This document shows positions 30,875 to 40,999 of a stretch of 64,000 nt of DNA, one piece after another. Below the pieces are notes generated by a model, which ran no database searches, was not told the DNA's origin, and saw nothing but the letters and a program-made list of their open reading frames with translations. The first letter of the stretch is position 1. Every line of letters starts with the position of its first letter. Source of the stretch: a virus (taxonomy: Duplodnaviria; Caudoviricetes); the IMG/VR virus record IMGVR_UViG_3300033121_001676, positions 44,447-108,446 of that record; one strand, written 5' to 3'. A program made the position numbers and the translations under genes.

Positions 30875-31832
30875 CGGACTTTGCAACTTTATGGTTGTGT
30901 TCCCTTGGCCTCGTTCAAAGTCTGTTATACAACATCTTGAGCATGTTCCTTCAGGTGGTAACTGGTCGATTGTTCATGCTTTGAGGCTGCAAGGGAATAT
31001 TGTTCATACAGTCAATTTGTATTCGGAAAAAGATCAGATTGATGAAGCAACTGCTGTGATTTCTGCAAAAAGAATCCTTGAAAAGAATGCAATTGATGCA
31101 ATTCTTGTTTTTGATGCTGGTTGGCAGAAGATTGAATGGCGTAAACTGATTGAAGAGGTTGGCGTTACTTGTAAGACTGTTTATTTCCCTGGTGATTTGC
31201 CAATGAGGGAGGATGCAAATACGGAATCAATTACTATTGGTCAATACACACATATTGTTCCTGTTCAGCATCCTTATGTTGAGATATTTAAGCATAAATT
31301 TCCTGATGCTGTTGTAGAATGGATGCCATATCATCATGATGGCATTTTGCATTATCCTGTTCAACATGAACCGACATATGATATTATACACCTTGGAAAG
31401 CTTTATGGTTTACGCGAGAAAATGCTTCAGGCTTTTTCTCAGGCAGGGCTTAGTGTATATTGTGGTAACGCATGGGGCCATAAATATCGCAATCTGCTTG
31501 CACAGGCAAGGATTGGTTGGCATGAGGCGTGGTGTGGAGAAGTTGGGTATAGGCATTTCGAAATTCCTGCAATGGGCAGGATGTTACTTTGTGACAAACT
31601 TGATGAAAAATACAAACTTGGTGAACTGTATAGTGATGGTGAATATGTGACTTACGAAGGTGCAACTGAAGAACAAAAGATCAAAGATGCAGTGGAAAAG
31701 GCAAAGTTCTTTGTGAGCAAGCCTGATCTTGTAGAGCAAGTTGCTGCATTAGGGACTGCGAGGTCTATTGCCTGCCATGGGGCAGGTTCAAGGGCTTCAC
31801 AGATAGTGCGTTTTTGTGAAGGTTCTTCTTAA
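30858..31832 (+). CDS. Glycosyltransferase (GT-B, CgeB/Glyco_trans_1_2-like)
   Basis: YDIIHLG..YG.R; RHFEIPAMG. Confidence 0.8.
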   Translation: MTLKSNGLCNFMVVFPWPRSKSVIQHLEHVPSGGNWSIVHALRLQGNIVHTVNLYSEKDQIDEATAVISAKRILEKNAIDAILVFDAGWQKIEWRKLIEEVGVTCKTVYFPGDLPMREDANTESITIGQYTHIVPVQHPYVEIFKHKFPDAVVEWMPYHHDGILHYPVQHEPTYDIIHLGKLYGLREKMLQAFSQAGLSVYCGNAWGHKYRNLLAQARIGWHEAWCGEVGYRHFEIPAMGRMLLCDKLDEKYKLGELYSDGEYVTYEGATEEQKIKDAVEKAKFFVSKPDLVEQVAALGTARSIACHGAGSRASQIVRFCEGSS

Positions 31833-32097
31833 AAAGTGCAGAGTTCGTTTTTAGTCTGGTTTACAGAGTTTTGCAAACGTCAGTGGCGGCGCAGAATTCT
31901 GATGATGAACTCTTTAATCAAAAACAAACCAGAATGCCTGCCGAGAGGTAGCTTAGAAGTGGGGCTAACGGCACATGTTCCACATGGCAAGCGAATGACA
32001 GCCACGACCTTGGCTCATAACAGTATAACCAGCAAAAGTTTTGAAAACCTTTGCTGATTCGTCTGTTTTTTGAGATAAGTGATCATTCGCACTTTTT
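31831..32097 (+). ncRNA. Candidate structured ncRNA (~265 nt), family unknown
   Basis: Ends pair (aaaaagtgc/gcacttttt); internal stems tctggttt/aaaccaga and agagtt/aactct; GAGA- and GAAA-capped hairpins. Confidence 0.55.
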
Positions 32098-32108
32098 TGA
32101 GATAAAAA

Positions 32109-32525
32109 ATGGCAATAATGAGATTTGATGGTGTTTATAGATTTCTTTCAAACTTCTATTATTGTGACGTTTATTATGATTCGGTGAGATATAAGTCAAG
32201 TGAACATGCTTACCAAGCAGCGAAGACTTCTGATATTAACTTGAGAGAAGCAATTAGAGAGTGCAACACTCCTGGTGATGCAAAGAAACTTGGTAGAAAA
32301 CTTCCTCTTCGAACAGATTGGGATGATGTTAAACTGAATGAAATGTATAAAATTCTAAAATCAAAGTTTTCAAATCCAAAGTTGAAAAAGATGTTAGTTG
32401 ATACTGGAAGTGAAGAATTAATTGAAGGAAATAATTGGGGTGATGTATATTGGGGTGTTTGCATTGGAAGAGGTGAAAATAATCTTGGTAAGTTGCTTAT
32501 GAAGGTTCGTTCAGAGTGTGCATAA
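32109..32525 (+). CDS. NADAR (YbiA-like) protein
   Basis: FLSNFY; SSEHAYQAAK; AKKLGR; LIEGNNWGDVYWG; GENNLGKLLM. Confidence 0.93.
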   Translation: MAIMRFDGVYRFLSNFYYCDVYYDSVRYKSSEHAYQAAKTSDINLREAIRECNTPGDAKKLGRKLPLRTDWDDVKLNEMYKILKSKFSNPKLKKMLVDTGSEELIEGNNWGDVYWGVCIGRGENNLGKLLMKVRSECA

Positions 32526-32532
32526 CCAAATA

Positions 32533-32606
32533 CAGAGAATAGTTCAGTCTGGTAGAACGCCTGCCTTGGGCGCAGGAGGTCGTGGGTTCAAATCCCACTT
32601 CTCTGA
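32533..32606 (+). tRNA. tRNA-Pro(TGG)
   Basis: cagagaa/ttctctg acceptor; cctgc-ct-TGG-gc-gcagg; ggttcaaatcc. Confidence 0.92.
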
Positions 32607-32608
32607 TT

Positions 32609-32738
32609 ATGTTTGTGTGGTGTACGAAAATAACTGTAAGATGGCTTTTCTTGGTAGGCTAAAGGCTCGTTTCAATGCACGAGGAACATAGCCAAAGAGA
32701 AGAATGCTCAGTTGTTTTGACAGACGCCATGCAAACAT
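32609..32738 (+). ncRNA. Candidate rod-shaped ncRNA (130 nt) between tRNA-Pro and tmRNA
   Basis: Nested stems atgtttgtgtggtgt/acgccatgcaaacat, aaaataactg/cagttgtttt, ggcta/tagcc, ctcgt/acgag. Confidence 0.6.
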
Positions 32739-32740
32739 TT

Positions 32741-33117
32741 GGGCCCGACAGGTTTCGATCAGATAATTCGATTCGCAAAGGCATGTAGGTGTTTGATCTC
32801 GCTACCTAAAAAGAGAGATCAAGTTCAACTGGCAAGACCAACAAGGTTCTTGGTGGTGCTGCTCGCTTCCGCAAGGGAGTGGGTTCGCGTCTCGCCCTCG
32901 TGGCGTAAACCACAATCAAGTAACTTCCTGTGCGTTGCTTGATTCAAAACCAACAGGTGACGCCAGTTAATTCTGGCAGCTCGCCAAGCTCATGGCCGTT
33001 TTGTGCATTCGTAAAATGCACTGGTGGAGGCAGGTTGAGAAATCGACTCGCCCTAAGCATGTAATCCCTTTGTGCTGAGAGTTTTCTGAGACGGCGGTTC
33101 GATTCCGCCCGGGTCCA
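32741..33117 (+). ncRNA. ssrA: tmRNA
   Basis: Acceptor GGGCCCG/CGGGTCC-A with G3:U70; T-arm ggcggttcgattccgcc; tag ORF 32831-32908 GKTNKVLGGAARFRKGVGSRLALVA*. Confidence 0.92.
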
Positions 33118-33123
33118 CTTCTT

Positions 33124-33654
33124 ATGCCAACAATTACGACTCGAACAGGAAAGATCATTGATCTTTTCAACCCGGATCCAAATCAAATTACTATTGAAGA
33201 TATTGCAAACAATCTTTCTCGAATCAACAGATGGAATGGGATGTTGTGGTTGGATATTAATGTTGCATATCATTCAATCATGGTTTCTAAACAGGTAGAT
33301 GATCAATTCAAACTGCAAGCATTACTCCACGATGCTCCTGAAGCTTATCTTTCTGATTTACCAGGCCCATTGAAGAGTTTTCTACCAGATTACAATAGAT
33401 TTGAAGATCTTTTTTGGGATATTATTTGTGAGAAATTTGGTGTTGAAAAAGTTCTTGATAAATCTGTCATTGAAGCTGATGCAAGAATGGCAGCAACTGA
33501 AGCTACGCAATATGGTCCGAAAGAATTTGCAATCAACAACAAAGATTGGATCGACAAAAATCCATCATATGGAAATATCTTGATTCCATTAGATAAATAC
33601 AATGCAGAAATAAGATTTCTTCAAACATACAAGGAACTGACGGAAAAATCATGA
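33124..33654 (+). CDS. HD-domain 5'-deoxynucleotidase (YfbR-like)
   Basis: IEDIA..LSRINRW; VAYHS; ALLHDAPEAYLSD. Confidence 0.88.
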   Translation: MPTITTRTGKIIDLFNPDPNQITIEDIANNLSRINRWNGMLWLDINVAYHSIMVSKQVDDQFKLQALLHDAPEAYLSDLPGPLKSFLPDYNRFEDLFWDIICEKFGVEKVLDKSVIEADARMAATEATQYGPKEFAINNKDWIDKNPSYGNILIPLDKYNAEIRFLQTYKELTEKS

Positions 33655-34805
33655 ACAAAGTTAGAATTGCCCATCTTTTCAGTGATGTTGCAAACGGCGG
33701 AATGAGTGGTGCTGATTTTGATAATGGGATTTGGGAACATGTTCTTAATGTTCCAAGGGTTCCGCTTGAACTCAAGATGAGTGATCAGCAGATTGCTCTT
33801 TGGTTGAAGAATAACAATATTGATGTTCTCACATGTACGATGTGGGGGACATTTATTGCTGGATCAAACAAGCCAGAGAGAGGAGTTAGAACTCTAAAGG
33901 ATGAATATCCAGAACTCAAGGTTGTTGGTATTGTTGATGAACCATTGATGGTTGATGTTTGTTCACGATTTGGTGGCAATTCTTACAACATGGATATCAG
34001 TAAGGGCTATGCTAATGGTTTGAAAGACTTTGATGCGATTCTTACAATTTGTCCGCATGAAGTTCAATTCTACAAATCATTCAATCCAAAGACAGAATAC
34101 ATCGGCCTACCATTTCCTGATAAGACATATGTAAATCAGATCAGAAGAGAACCAAGAGCTGAAAAGAAAGATCAGATTTGGATTGGTCTTGGTGTTGGTG
34201 GCAACGCATTTACGAGATGGGAGAGAAACTACCTCGTTGCACTTGAAGCTTTTGATCTTGCAGTTCAAAAGGTTGGTGAATTTGATAGAATTACTTCTAA
34301 GAAGATGAAGGGAATCTTACTTTCATGGACTGAAAAGAATTCATATGATGTTGTGACATTTATCAAAGACAATTATCCAAATGTCATGTTGCAAATGAGA
34401 AGCAATATGTCTGATTATTTGCACTTCTTGCAGAGTTGCAACTGTGTTGTGAGTCCTATTGTTCGTGATACGCCTGGAAGAATTGTTGGTGAGTGCGCAT
34501 TCTTTGGCGTACCGATCTTTGGATCAAATATTCCTTCACTACAGAGTCAATTGTATCCGAATGATTGGACATTGTCTCCATGGGATGTTGAGGGATATGC
34601 AAATCAAATTGTGAAGTGTGTTATTGGTGGAATGACTATTGAGGATGAAAAAGATTCTAAGAAATACAAGATGGATAATGCAAGAAGAGAATTGATTGAG
34701 TGCTATGGCATGGATGTTATGGCGAAGAAGTTTAGAGATGCAATGAACAGATTTGGTATTTGTGATGAGTGGTACACGAAAGATAACCAGGAGGTACTCA
34801 TTTGA
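33651..34805 (+). CDS. Glycosyltransferase (GT-B fold)
   Basis: DTPGRIVGECAFFGVP (ExxG..xE-like); PWDVE. Confidence 0.65.
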   Translation: MNKVRIAHLFSDVANGGMSGADFDNGIWEHVLNVPRVPLELKMSDQQIALWLKNNNIDVLTCTMWGTFIAGSNKPERGVRTLKDEYPELKVVGIVDEPLMVDVCSRFGGNSYNMDISKGYANGLKDFDAILTICPHEVQFYKSFNPKTEYIGLPFPDKTYVNQIRREPRAEKKDQIWIGLGVGGNAFTRWERNYLVALEAFDLAVQKVGEFDRITSKKMKGILLSWTEKNSYDVVTFIKDNYPNVMLQMRSNMSDYLHFLQSCNCVVSPIVRDTPGRIVGECAFFGVPIFGSNIPSLQSQLYPNDWTLSPWDVEGYANQIVKCVIGGMTIEDEKDSKKYKMDNARRELIECYGMDVMAKKFRDAMNRFGICDEWYTKDNQEVLI

Positions 34806-34986
34806 AAGAAGAAGTAATGACCTACTTGCGTTCAGAAATTGCTCTACGCCAGAGACTTCTGAGCACACCACAGGACAATACAGGGACACAATTCAAACAA
34901 GGAGTTGATAGGGATGTTGTTAAGACTCAAATTGAGTATTTAGAACATGCACTTGAGTGCGTGAGAATTGTGGCAAGATAATAGAC

Positions 34987-35838
34987 ATGGTGAGAAGTAA
35001 GACACTAATCATACTCCCTATCTACGGGGCGTGGGATTATGTTTTTGAATGCTTGAAGAGTGTTGAACAAAATACTTTGAATGAACATTATGATATTTTC
35101 ATTCAACACAACAGGAATGACTTAGAAGATGGAGAGATCGAGAAAAAGACAGGACTTGATATTCGAATAATTGTTGAGCAGTTTTTAAGAAAGACATTTA
35201 ATCTTGATGAAATTGATATTACATACTCTTATTCAACAAAAAATCTTGGAGTTGCAAAGAGTTGGAATGCAGGTTTGCAATATGGAATGAATTCAAATGC
35301 AAATCATTATGATTCATTCTTGATGCTCAATAGTGATGTTGTTGTTTTTGAGTCTTGGCTTTCTTGGATGAGGTTGATACTTTATAATTCAGAACCGACT
35401 CCATATTGTATTCAAACTGAATTAACTGAAGGCAATATACCTGATATTTCACAGATAAGATCAATTGTTAAGTCTGTTGATCCGGATAATGCTTTGAAAG
35501 TTGGTGCAGGCATTAACGGTCCTTGTTTCATGATTACAAGAGTTGGCGTTAGTGAAATTGGTATTTTTGATGAACAGTTTGAAATTGGCTTCTATGAAGA
35601 CACTGATATTTTGATGCGTATTCGATTGCATCATCAAGAACCGATCATTAGTGCAAAATCGTATGTTCATCACCATCATGCAAAATCAAGAAGTTCAATG
35701 AAGAACTTCAAGAACATAGCTGCTACAAACAAGAGACAGTTTGAATCAAAATGGTCAGTTTGTTTGCCAGGGAGTTTTGATTCAAAATCTTTTCCAAAAT
35801 TGAAGGAACTTCAAGATAAGTTTGGGTATTCAATATGA
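34987..35838 (+). CDS. Glycosyltransferase family 2
   Basis: IILPIY; NLGVAKSWNAG; LNSDV; FDEQF..GFYEDTD. Confidence 0.9.
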   Translation: MVRSKTLIILPIYGAWDYVFECLKSVEQNTLNEHYDIFIQHNRNDLEDGEIEKKTGLDIRIIVEQFLRKTFNLDEIDITYSYSTKNLGVAKSWNAGLQYGMNSNANHYDSFLMLNSDVVVFESWLSWMRLILYNSEPTPYCIQTELTEGNIPDISQIRSIVKSVDPDNALKVGAGINGPCFMITRVGVSEIGIFDEQFEIGFYEDTDILMRIRLHHQEPIISAKSYVHHHHAKSRSSMKNFKNIAATNKRQFESKWSVCLPGSFDSKSFPKLKELQDKFGYSI

Positions 35839-36653
35839 TTAAGAAGCATAAGTTTGCTGTTCTAATGAGTATTAGAAATGAAGCTGTTTGGATGAACAAT
35901 AGTTTGAAGATGCTTTATGAATTTGTCGATTATGAAGGTGGTGTAATTGGATTGATTGCAATTACAAGAGGACTTACATCTTGGCGTAACGGATATAAAA
36001 ATCTCGATAACACGGAAGAAATTATTGCATCTTGGATTGGTAAATTTGAAAGAAGAGGTGTCAAGATTGTTTTTACAACAGTTGACAAACCAGATTCTGA
36101 TGAGTTCCAAAGAAACATTTGTCTGAATATTATCAAAGATAAAGGTTATGAAATGATGTTGATACTTGATCCGGATGAATTTTACCATTTGAATGATTTG
36201 AAGAAGATGTTCAATCAAGCAAACATGCTCGGATCACAAGAGTGTGGTCAAGTCTATGTGTATGCAAAATCATTTTGGAAAGGAATGACTTACTGCTGTG
36301 GCGTTGAAAGATTTGGTCCTGTAATTGCAAGAGTTGATGATAAAACAAAATTCAGTTACATTAGAAATCTTGACCAGGATAATGGGCATACTTTTGATTT
36401 CTTTGTTTATCATATGACTGCTGTAAAGACAAACGAACAGATGGAAGAAAAGATTAAAGGTTGGAGTCACTCACATGAAGTTGTAAAAGATTGGTGGAAT
36501 AAGAAATGGCTTGCCTGGAACGTTGATAGGATGATTACAAACCTTCACCCAGTCTCACCTGAATTGTGGCCGAGAACTGTTAAGATTGATAGGAGAGAAT
36601 TGCCGGTTGTGTTACATGATCATCCGTATTTTCAAAGAGATACTGTATCATGA
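35835..36653 (+). CDS. GT-A/GT2-like glycosyltransferase
   Basis: MSIRNEA; DNTEEI; QRN; ILDPDEF. Confidence 0.75.
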   Translation: MIKKHKFAVLMSIRNEAVWMNNSLKMLYEFVDYEGGVIGLIAITRGLTSWRNGYKNLDNTEEIIASWIGKFERRGVKIVFTTVDKPDSDEFQRNICLNIIKDKGYEMMLILDPDEFYHLNDLKKMFNQANMLGSQECGQVYVYAKSFWKGMTYCCGVERFGPVIARVDDKTKFSYIRNLDQDNGHTFDFFVYHMTAVKTNEQMEEKIKGWSHSHEVVKDWWNKKWLAWNVDRMITNLHPVSPELWPRTVKIDRRELPVVLHDHPYFQRDTVS

Positions 36654-37387
36654 GTGATATATCTGGCGGTGATGGTGGTGTGCCGGATCCAGGAAATGGT
36701 ATGGCACAAACACCTGAATTTGGATTCGATCCAAATTCAGGTGTAGTCCCAACCCCGACATATCCTGAAAATGTTATCTGCACACATGAGGATATGTATA
36801 GATTTTTTGGTGTAGATAACTATGAAGATTTTATTGAAGTTGTTAGACCTTATAGAGACGCATCAGCTCAAGCTGGTTTTGGTAGAAGTGCTGATGATTC
36901 TTTCTTTACAAGTGGTGATACTATTCCGGTTGGTGAACGATTATTCAGGGTTACTCTTGTTTTTAATGATACAGATAATGATATTGTTGAATCAGTTAGT
37001 GCTGTTACTCCTAAGGTGGCAGTTAAAAAGATCAAGGTACTCTTCATTGGTCAACCATCTCTTAAGAGTAGAGTGGATAACTATCTTGTTGCAATTAGCG
37101 TTGATGATATCTACTATGGTAAGTCTTATGTAATGAATCTTGATCTGCTTCAAACTCCAACTTTTTATTCAAGAGGAAAACTTGCTGATGCAAGAATTGA
37201 TTTTGACAACAGGGAGTATTTAACTACTGTTGAAGGTCTTTCAAGACATCAAGAAGTTCAAGAAGCTGATGGAGAGCTTGTCTTGATTGGTGAAAGATCG
37301 ACTGAAATTGCGACACCTGCTTGGGTCATGACAGATGTTCCATTTCCATCCTTAACGCCTGGGATTTCAATCAACGATGGCACATGA
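36650..37387 (+). CDS. Hypothetical acidic protein (possibly virion-associated)
   Basis: ORF coupled within the GT cluster. Confidence 0.55.
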   Translation: MSDISGGDGGVPDPGNGMAQTPEFGFDPNSGVVPTPTYPENVICTHEDMYRFFGVDNYEDFIEVVRPYRDASAQAGFGRSADDSFFTSGDTIPVGERLFRVTLVFNDTDNDIVESVSAVTPKVAVKKIKVLFIGQPSLKSRVDNYLVAISVDDIYYGKSYVMNLDLLQTPTFYSRGKLADARIDFDNREYLTTVEGLSRHQEVQEADGELVLIGERSTEIATPAWVMTDVPFPSLTPGISINDGT

Positions 37388-37574
37388 AAATGATCAAAAG
37401 ATTATTGTTTTGCTTACCCAACTTATTGAATTGATTAAATTTCAAACTTCTTTAATTGAAAAGAATACACTTCTTCTTCAAGGTGTTGTTGTAGGTCAAC
37501 AGGAGTTAACACAAGCAATTACTTCTGTCGATTTGAATAGTATTCAAGAAGAGTTGTTTAAGAAGATTAAGTGA
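37377..37574 (+). CDS. Small helical hypothetical protein
   Basis: Overlapping ORF. Confidence 0.5.
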   Translation: MAHENDQKIIVLLTQLIELIKFQTSLIEKNTLLLQGVVVGQQELTQAITSVDLNSIQEELFKKIK

Positions 37575-38386
37575 TGAAACCAACTGTTGTCTATATGTGC
37601 GTGATGCGCACTGATAAAGAACGTGATGCAATTCGAATTCATAGTGGCCCAACTCTTGATGAGACTCTTCATTCAGTCAAGACACTAAGAAGATTTCATC
37701 CAGATATCAATGTCGCATTATACACTGACATCAATGGCATCTATAATCATAAACCAATTGTTGAAGCAAAGTTTGATATCTTTCCCATTGGTGTAGAGAG
37801 AAATGAAATACATTACAAGCATGAAAATTTCTGGGAAAGAAACAAGTGGTGGATACCTGATCTTAGAATTTTGATCGCAAAGATTGATTGTCTTCTCTTA
37901 CATCCAGGTCCGATTTTATTTCTTGATAGTGATACACAAATCCACGCTCCGCTTGATGAAATCTTTGAGAGTGATGAATCTTATTTGCATACGAGGGAAT
38001 ATAAGTTTGTTGATTCTACATTCTCAAGTGTCGTGCATAACGTAAGGTGGCAAAATTATGGCATTGATCCTAATATCGTAGCCAATTTCTCAATGTTCAA
38101 CAGTGGTGTTATATGGTTACCACAAGCAAAAAAGCAAATCATCTGGCAGGTGAAGCAATGGTTGATTGATCAACAAAAAACAATCATTGGTAGTTCTGGC
38201 AGTGATAGGTTGAAAGAACAAGTTGCATTGAGTATATTTCTTCAAGCAAATGGTGAAGTTAGGCAAGCAAAGCATTTGATATCACATTATTGGTGGAGGA
38301 GATACAAAGAAGGAATTGATGCTCTTGGTGATAATGCATGGAGATGGTATAAAAAGATCTATTCAAAGCTTGGTGAAGAAATATGA
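37574..38386 (+). CDS. GT-A nucleotide-sugar transferase (GT8-like)
   Basis: SVKTLRRFHP; AKIDCL; LFLDSDT (DxD); FNSGVI; EQ.AL; HYW. Confidence 0.75.
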   Translation: MKPTVVYMCVMRTDKERDAIRIHSGPTLDETLHSVKTLRRFHPDINVALYTDINGIYNHKPIVEAKFDIFPIGVERNEIHYKHENFWERNKWWIPDLRILIAKIDCLLLHPGPILFLDSDTQIHAPLDEIFESDESYLHTREYKFVDSTFSSVVHNVRWQNYGIDPNIVANFSMFNSGVIWLPQAKKQIIWQVKQWLIDQQKTIIGSSGSDRLKEQVALSIFLQANGEVRQAKHLISHYWWRRYKEGIDALGDNAWRWYKKIYSKLGEEI

Positions 38387-38748
38387 GTGAAGAAAAACAA
38401 TACGCAGGATTTTGCACTTCTTGTGGGTGGAAGATTGAAAGCTTCGATTCATTATCTGAATGTCCTAATTGCAAGACAAAAATAATTCCTTGTTCGTATG
38501 AAGAGCAAGTTAATATTTCAATCAATTGGTACGAATTGCATATAATTTTTTGTTATGCAGAAAGATGGGCAATTGATGTTGTTGAAAAGAGTCTTGGAAT
38601 TGGTGGTAGGGGATTGATTTATGCTATTGCAGAAAGAATTCAAGAACAACATCCAAAATTAGATAAATTGACAATTGCTGGAGAAATTAATCGTTTGAGA
38701 GATGAAGGTTTTGATATTCGAACAAATATTCCTGGTGAAGAAATATGA
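38383..38748 (+). CDS. Zn-ribbon hypothetical protein
   Basis: CTSC...CPNC. Confidence 0.6.
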   Translation: MSEEKQYAGFCTSCGWKIESFDSLSECPNCKTKIIPCSYEEQVNISINWYELHIIFCYAERWAIDVVEKSLGIGGRGLIYAIAERIQEQHPKLDKLTIAGEINRLRDEGFDIRTNIPGEEI

Positions 38749-39926
38749 GAGTTGTTCACGTATTGAATCAAATTGATGTTGGTGGTACAGAAAAGACAGC
38801 TCAGATTTTCTGCAGACTACTTCCGAAGTTTGGTTGCATTGAACCATACATGTATTCTCTTGATGGAGGGTGGAGAGTTTGGCCTATCAAGAGTGAAAAA
38901 ACACCACTGACTGTTGGAACTGCTGAAAATCTCTATGGTTATATGATGAACCATGATATTGATATGATTCATCTTCATAGAGCAGGTTGGGCTGAAGATG
39001 GTGTAATGAAATCTATCATGCAGGCTTTTACAGAGATGGAAAAGCCTATCTACATTTTTGAAACAAATGTCTTTGGTGATGGTGATAGAGGACCTTACGG
39101 AAAGTTTATCAATAGACATTTATTTGTCAGCAATTACACGAAAGAGATTTATAACAGAGGAACGTTTTCAGATTTAAGAACGCCACAAGAAAAGCTTCAA
39201 GTCCTCTACAACCCAATTGATCTCCCTGATGGTGAAGAAAAGAAGAGAAGAAGAGATTTCAGGGCAGAGTTAGATATACCACAAGATGCTTTTGTTTGTG
39301 GTAGAATTGGAAGATCAGCAAATTATCACGGCATCTCAATGATGGCTTTGAAGAAGCTGTGGGATGAGAAGCGTGACGTATATTTTGTCGCGGTCTTGCC
39401 TGATCGTGCGATGATTAAAGAGTTGAATAAAGTAACTCATGATTGTGTTAGGATAATTGATGAGCCACTTATTTATCAAGATCAAATCAGTCTTTTTTAC
39501 TTCGGTATTGATGTTCTTTTGCATGATCGAGTTGATGGAGAAACATTTGGTTGTAGTATTGCTGAAGCGATGGTACACGGAAGACCAATAGTTAGTCATA
39601 TCAGTAAGAAGTACCAAGGTCATTTAGAAACGATGTTGATGAATTCAAATGCAGCATTACAGGTAATCGGACTTGGTCCAAGAGATATTAAATTCAAAGA
39701 TGGTAGGGTTAAGATGTGTGCATCAGGTTTTATTACTGGTGTTGATGATTATGAGGCGTATGCTGATTGTATTATGCAAGCGAGTACACATAGAGCGATG
39801 TATTCACAAAAAGTTGCTGATGCAGCGAGGGTAAGATTTTCAAGTGAAATGATCGCTGAAACACTTGCATGGCATTATGATGACGTTACAAGACTCGGAC
39901 ACCATCAATACAAGAGAGGAATGTGA
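38745..39926 (+). CDS. Glycosyltransferase family 4 (GT-B)
   Basis: GGTEK; LYNPID; GRIGR; ETFGCSIAEAMVHGRP. Confidence 0.9.
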   Translation: MRVVHVLNQIDVGGTEKTAQIFCRLLPKFGCIEPYMYSLDGGWRVWPIKSEKTPLTVGTAENLYGYMMNHDIDMIHLHRAGWAEDGVMKSIMQAFTEMEKPIYIFETNVFGDGDRGPYGKFINRHLFVSNYTKEIYNRGTFSDLRTPQEKLQVLYNPIDLPDGEEKKRRRDFRAELDIPQDAFVCGRIGRSANYHGISMMALKKLWDEKRDVYFVAVLPDRAMIKELNKVTHDCVRIIDEPLIYQDQISLFYFGIDVLLHDRVDGETFGCSIAEAMVHGRPIVSHISKKYQGHLETMLMNSNAALQVIGLGPRDIKFKDGRVKMCASGFITGVDDYEAYADCIMQASTHRAMYSQKVADAARVRFSSEMIAETLAWHYDDVTRLGHHQYKRGM

Positions 39927-40630
39927 TGAAAAACATCATCCTTGGCATACTTAATCATAACAGGTACGATTTGTTCAAAAGAACTATGCAATCATTGATT
40001 GAAAGTGGTGTTACGAAAAGAAATGATGTAAAATTGATTCTTTGGGATAATAATTCTGATGGTGAAATTAAGTCGAAAATCAGAAAAGAATTTGGTCATG
40101 TATTTTCAAGAATTATGTTCCACCATGAAAATGCTGGTATCGGTGGTGGGATGAATGGATTGCACAATAATGCAAGAAATATGAATGCTGATTATTACAT
40201 TCATGTTGAAAATGATTGGATGTGTGATAGAAAAGATTCAACTTGGATTGATGATTGTTTGGAGATCTTTGATTCTCAAATAAGTGTTGGAATTATCAAA
40301 TTGAGAGCAAAAGATGATGGTCAATATGAAATGCAAGGGCAGAATTATCCAACTGTTGCAATGAAGTATTCTCCTTGGTGGGTTGAACCAATTCCAAGCT
40401 ATGTTAAGAGTGGATCAACAAATTCTGGCCATCACTATTACTATGCTTTTGTCACAAAAGGATATTCAAACAATCCACATATTTTGAGAATGGAAATGGT
40501 TAAAGATTGGATTTTTGATTCAGCAGTAAAAGGTAAGGGACTTGAAGAAGAAAAGATGGAAGATCGACCAGCACAAGAAGATTGGTCAACGTGCCAGTAT
40601 TCTGATGGAATTTTTCATCATATCGGCTAA
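39926..40630 (+). CDS. Glycosyltransferase family 2
   Basis: LNHNR; WDNNSD; ENAGIGGGMN; HVENDW; HHIG. Confidence 0.8.
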   Translation: MKNIILGILNHNRYDLFKRTMQSLIESGVTKRNDVKLILWDNNSDGEIKSKIRKEFGHVFSRIMFHHENAGIGGGMNGLHNNARNMNADYYIHVENDWMCDRKDSTWIDDCLEIFDSQISVGIIKLRAKDDGQYEMQGQNYPTVAMKYSPWWVEPIPSYVKSGSTNSGHHYYYAFVTKGYSNNPHILRMEMVKDWIFDSAVKGKGLEEEKMEDRPAQEDWSTCQYSDGIFHHIG

Positions 40631-40733
40631 TTTTCAAAAATGTTGAGATGAATAAACTCTGCTCTCGAGAATTGTGGCCTTTTTGCTCGAAAACCCATTC
40701 TGAAACGCTCAAACCAGTATAAAACAACGTAAA

Positions 40734-40997
40734 ATGCTAACACAACAGGTTATAGAGGCGAAAATCACTGTTCTTCAAGCTGCCTACAGGAAAATTGTTG
40801 AAAAGAAGATTAGATCGATTTCAATGAGAAACGCTTTTGTCACAGAACCAGGATCTTGCACACCACCAACTCCTGAATTGTTACAACAATCACTTGATTT
40901 TGAAAATAATTGTGAAATGAGGCTTGTAAGAATTCGATTCATGATTGATATTTTTGAATTTGTTCTTGGAAAAGTACCAACATTGCCGGCGATCTGA
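40734..40997 (+). CDS. Hypothetical protein
   Basis: ORF after a TATAAA-containing intergenic region. Confidence 0.55.
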   Translation: MLTQQVIEAKITVLQAAYRKIVEKKIRSISMRNAFVTEPGSCTPPTPELLQQSLDFENNCEMRLVRIRFMIDIFEFVLGKVPTLPAI

Positions 40998-40999
40998 AA

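Noticed and set aside
31836-33273. ORFs 31836..32057, 32739..32942, 32944..33273 and 32967..33170
   Set aside because: They overlap structured RNA or tmRNA and lack an SD
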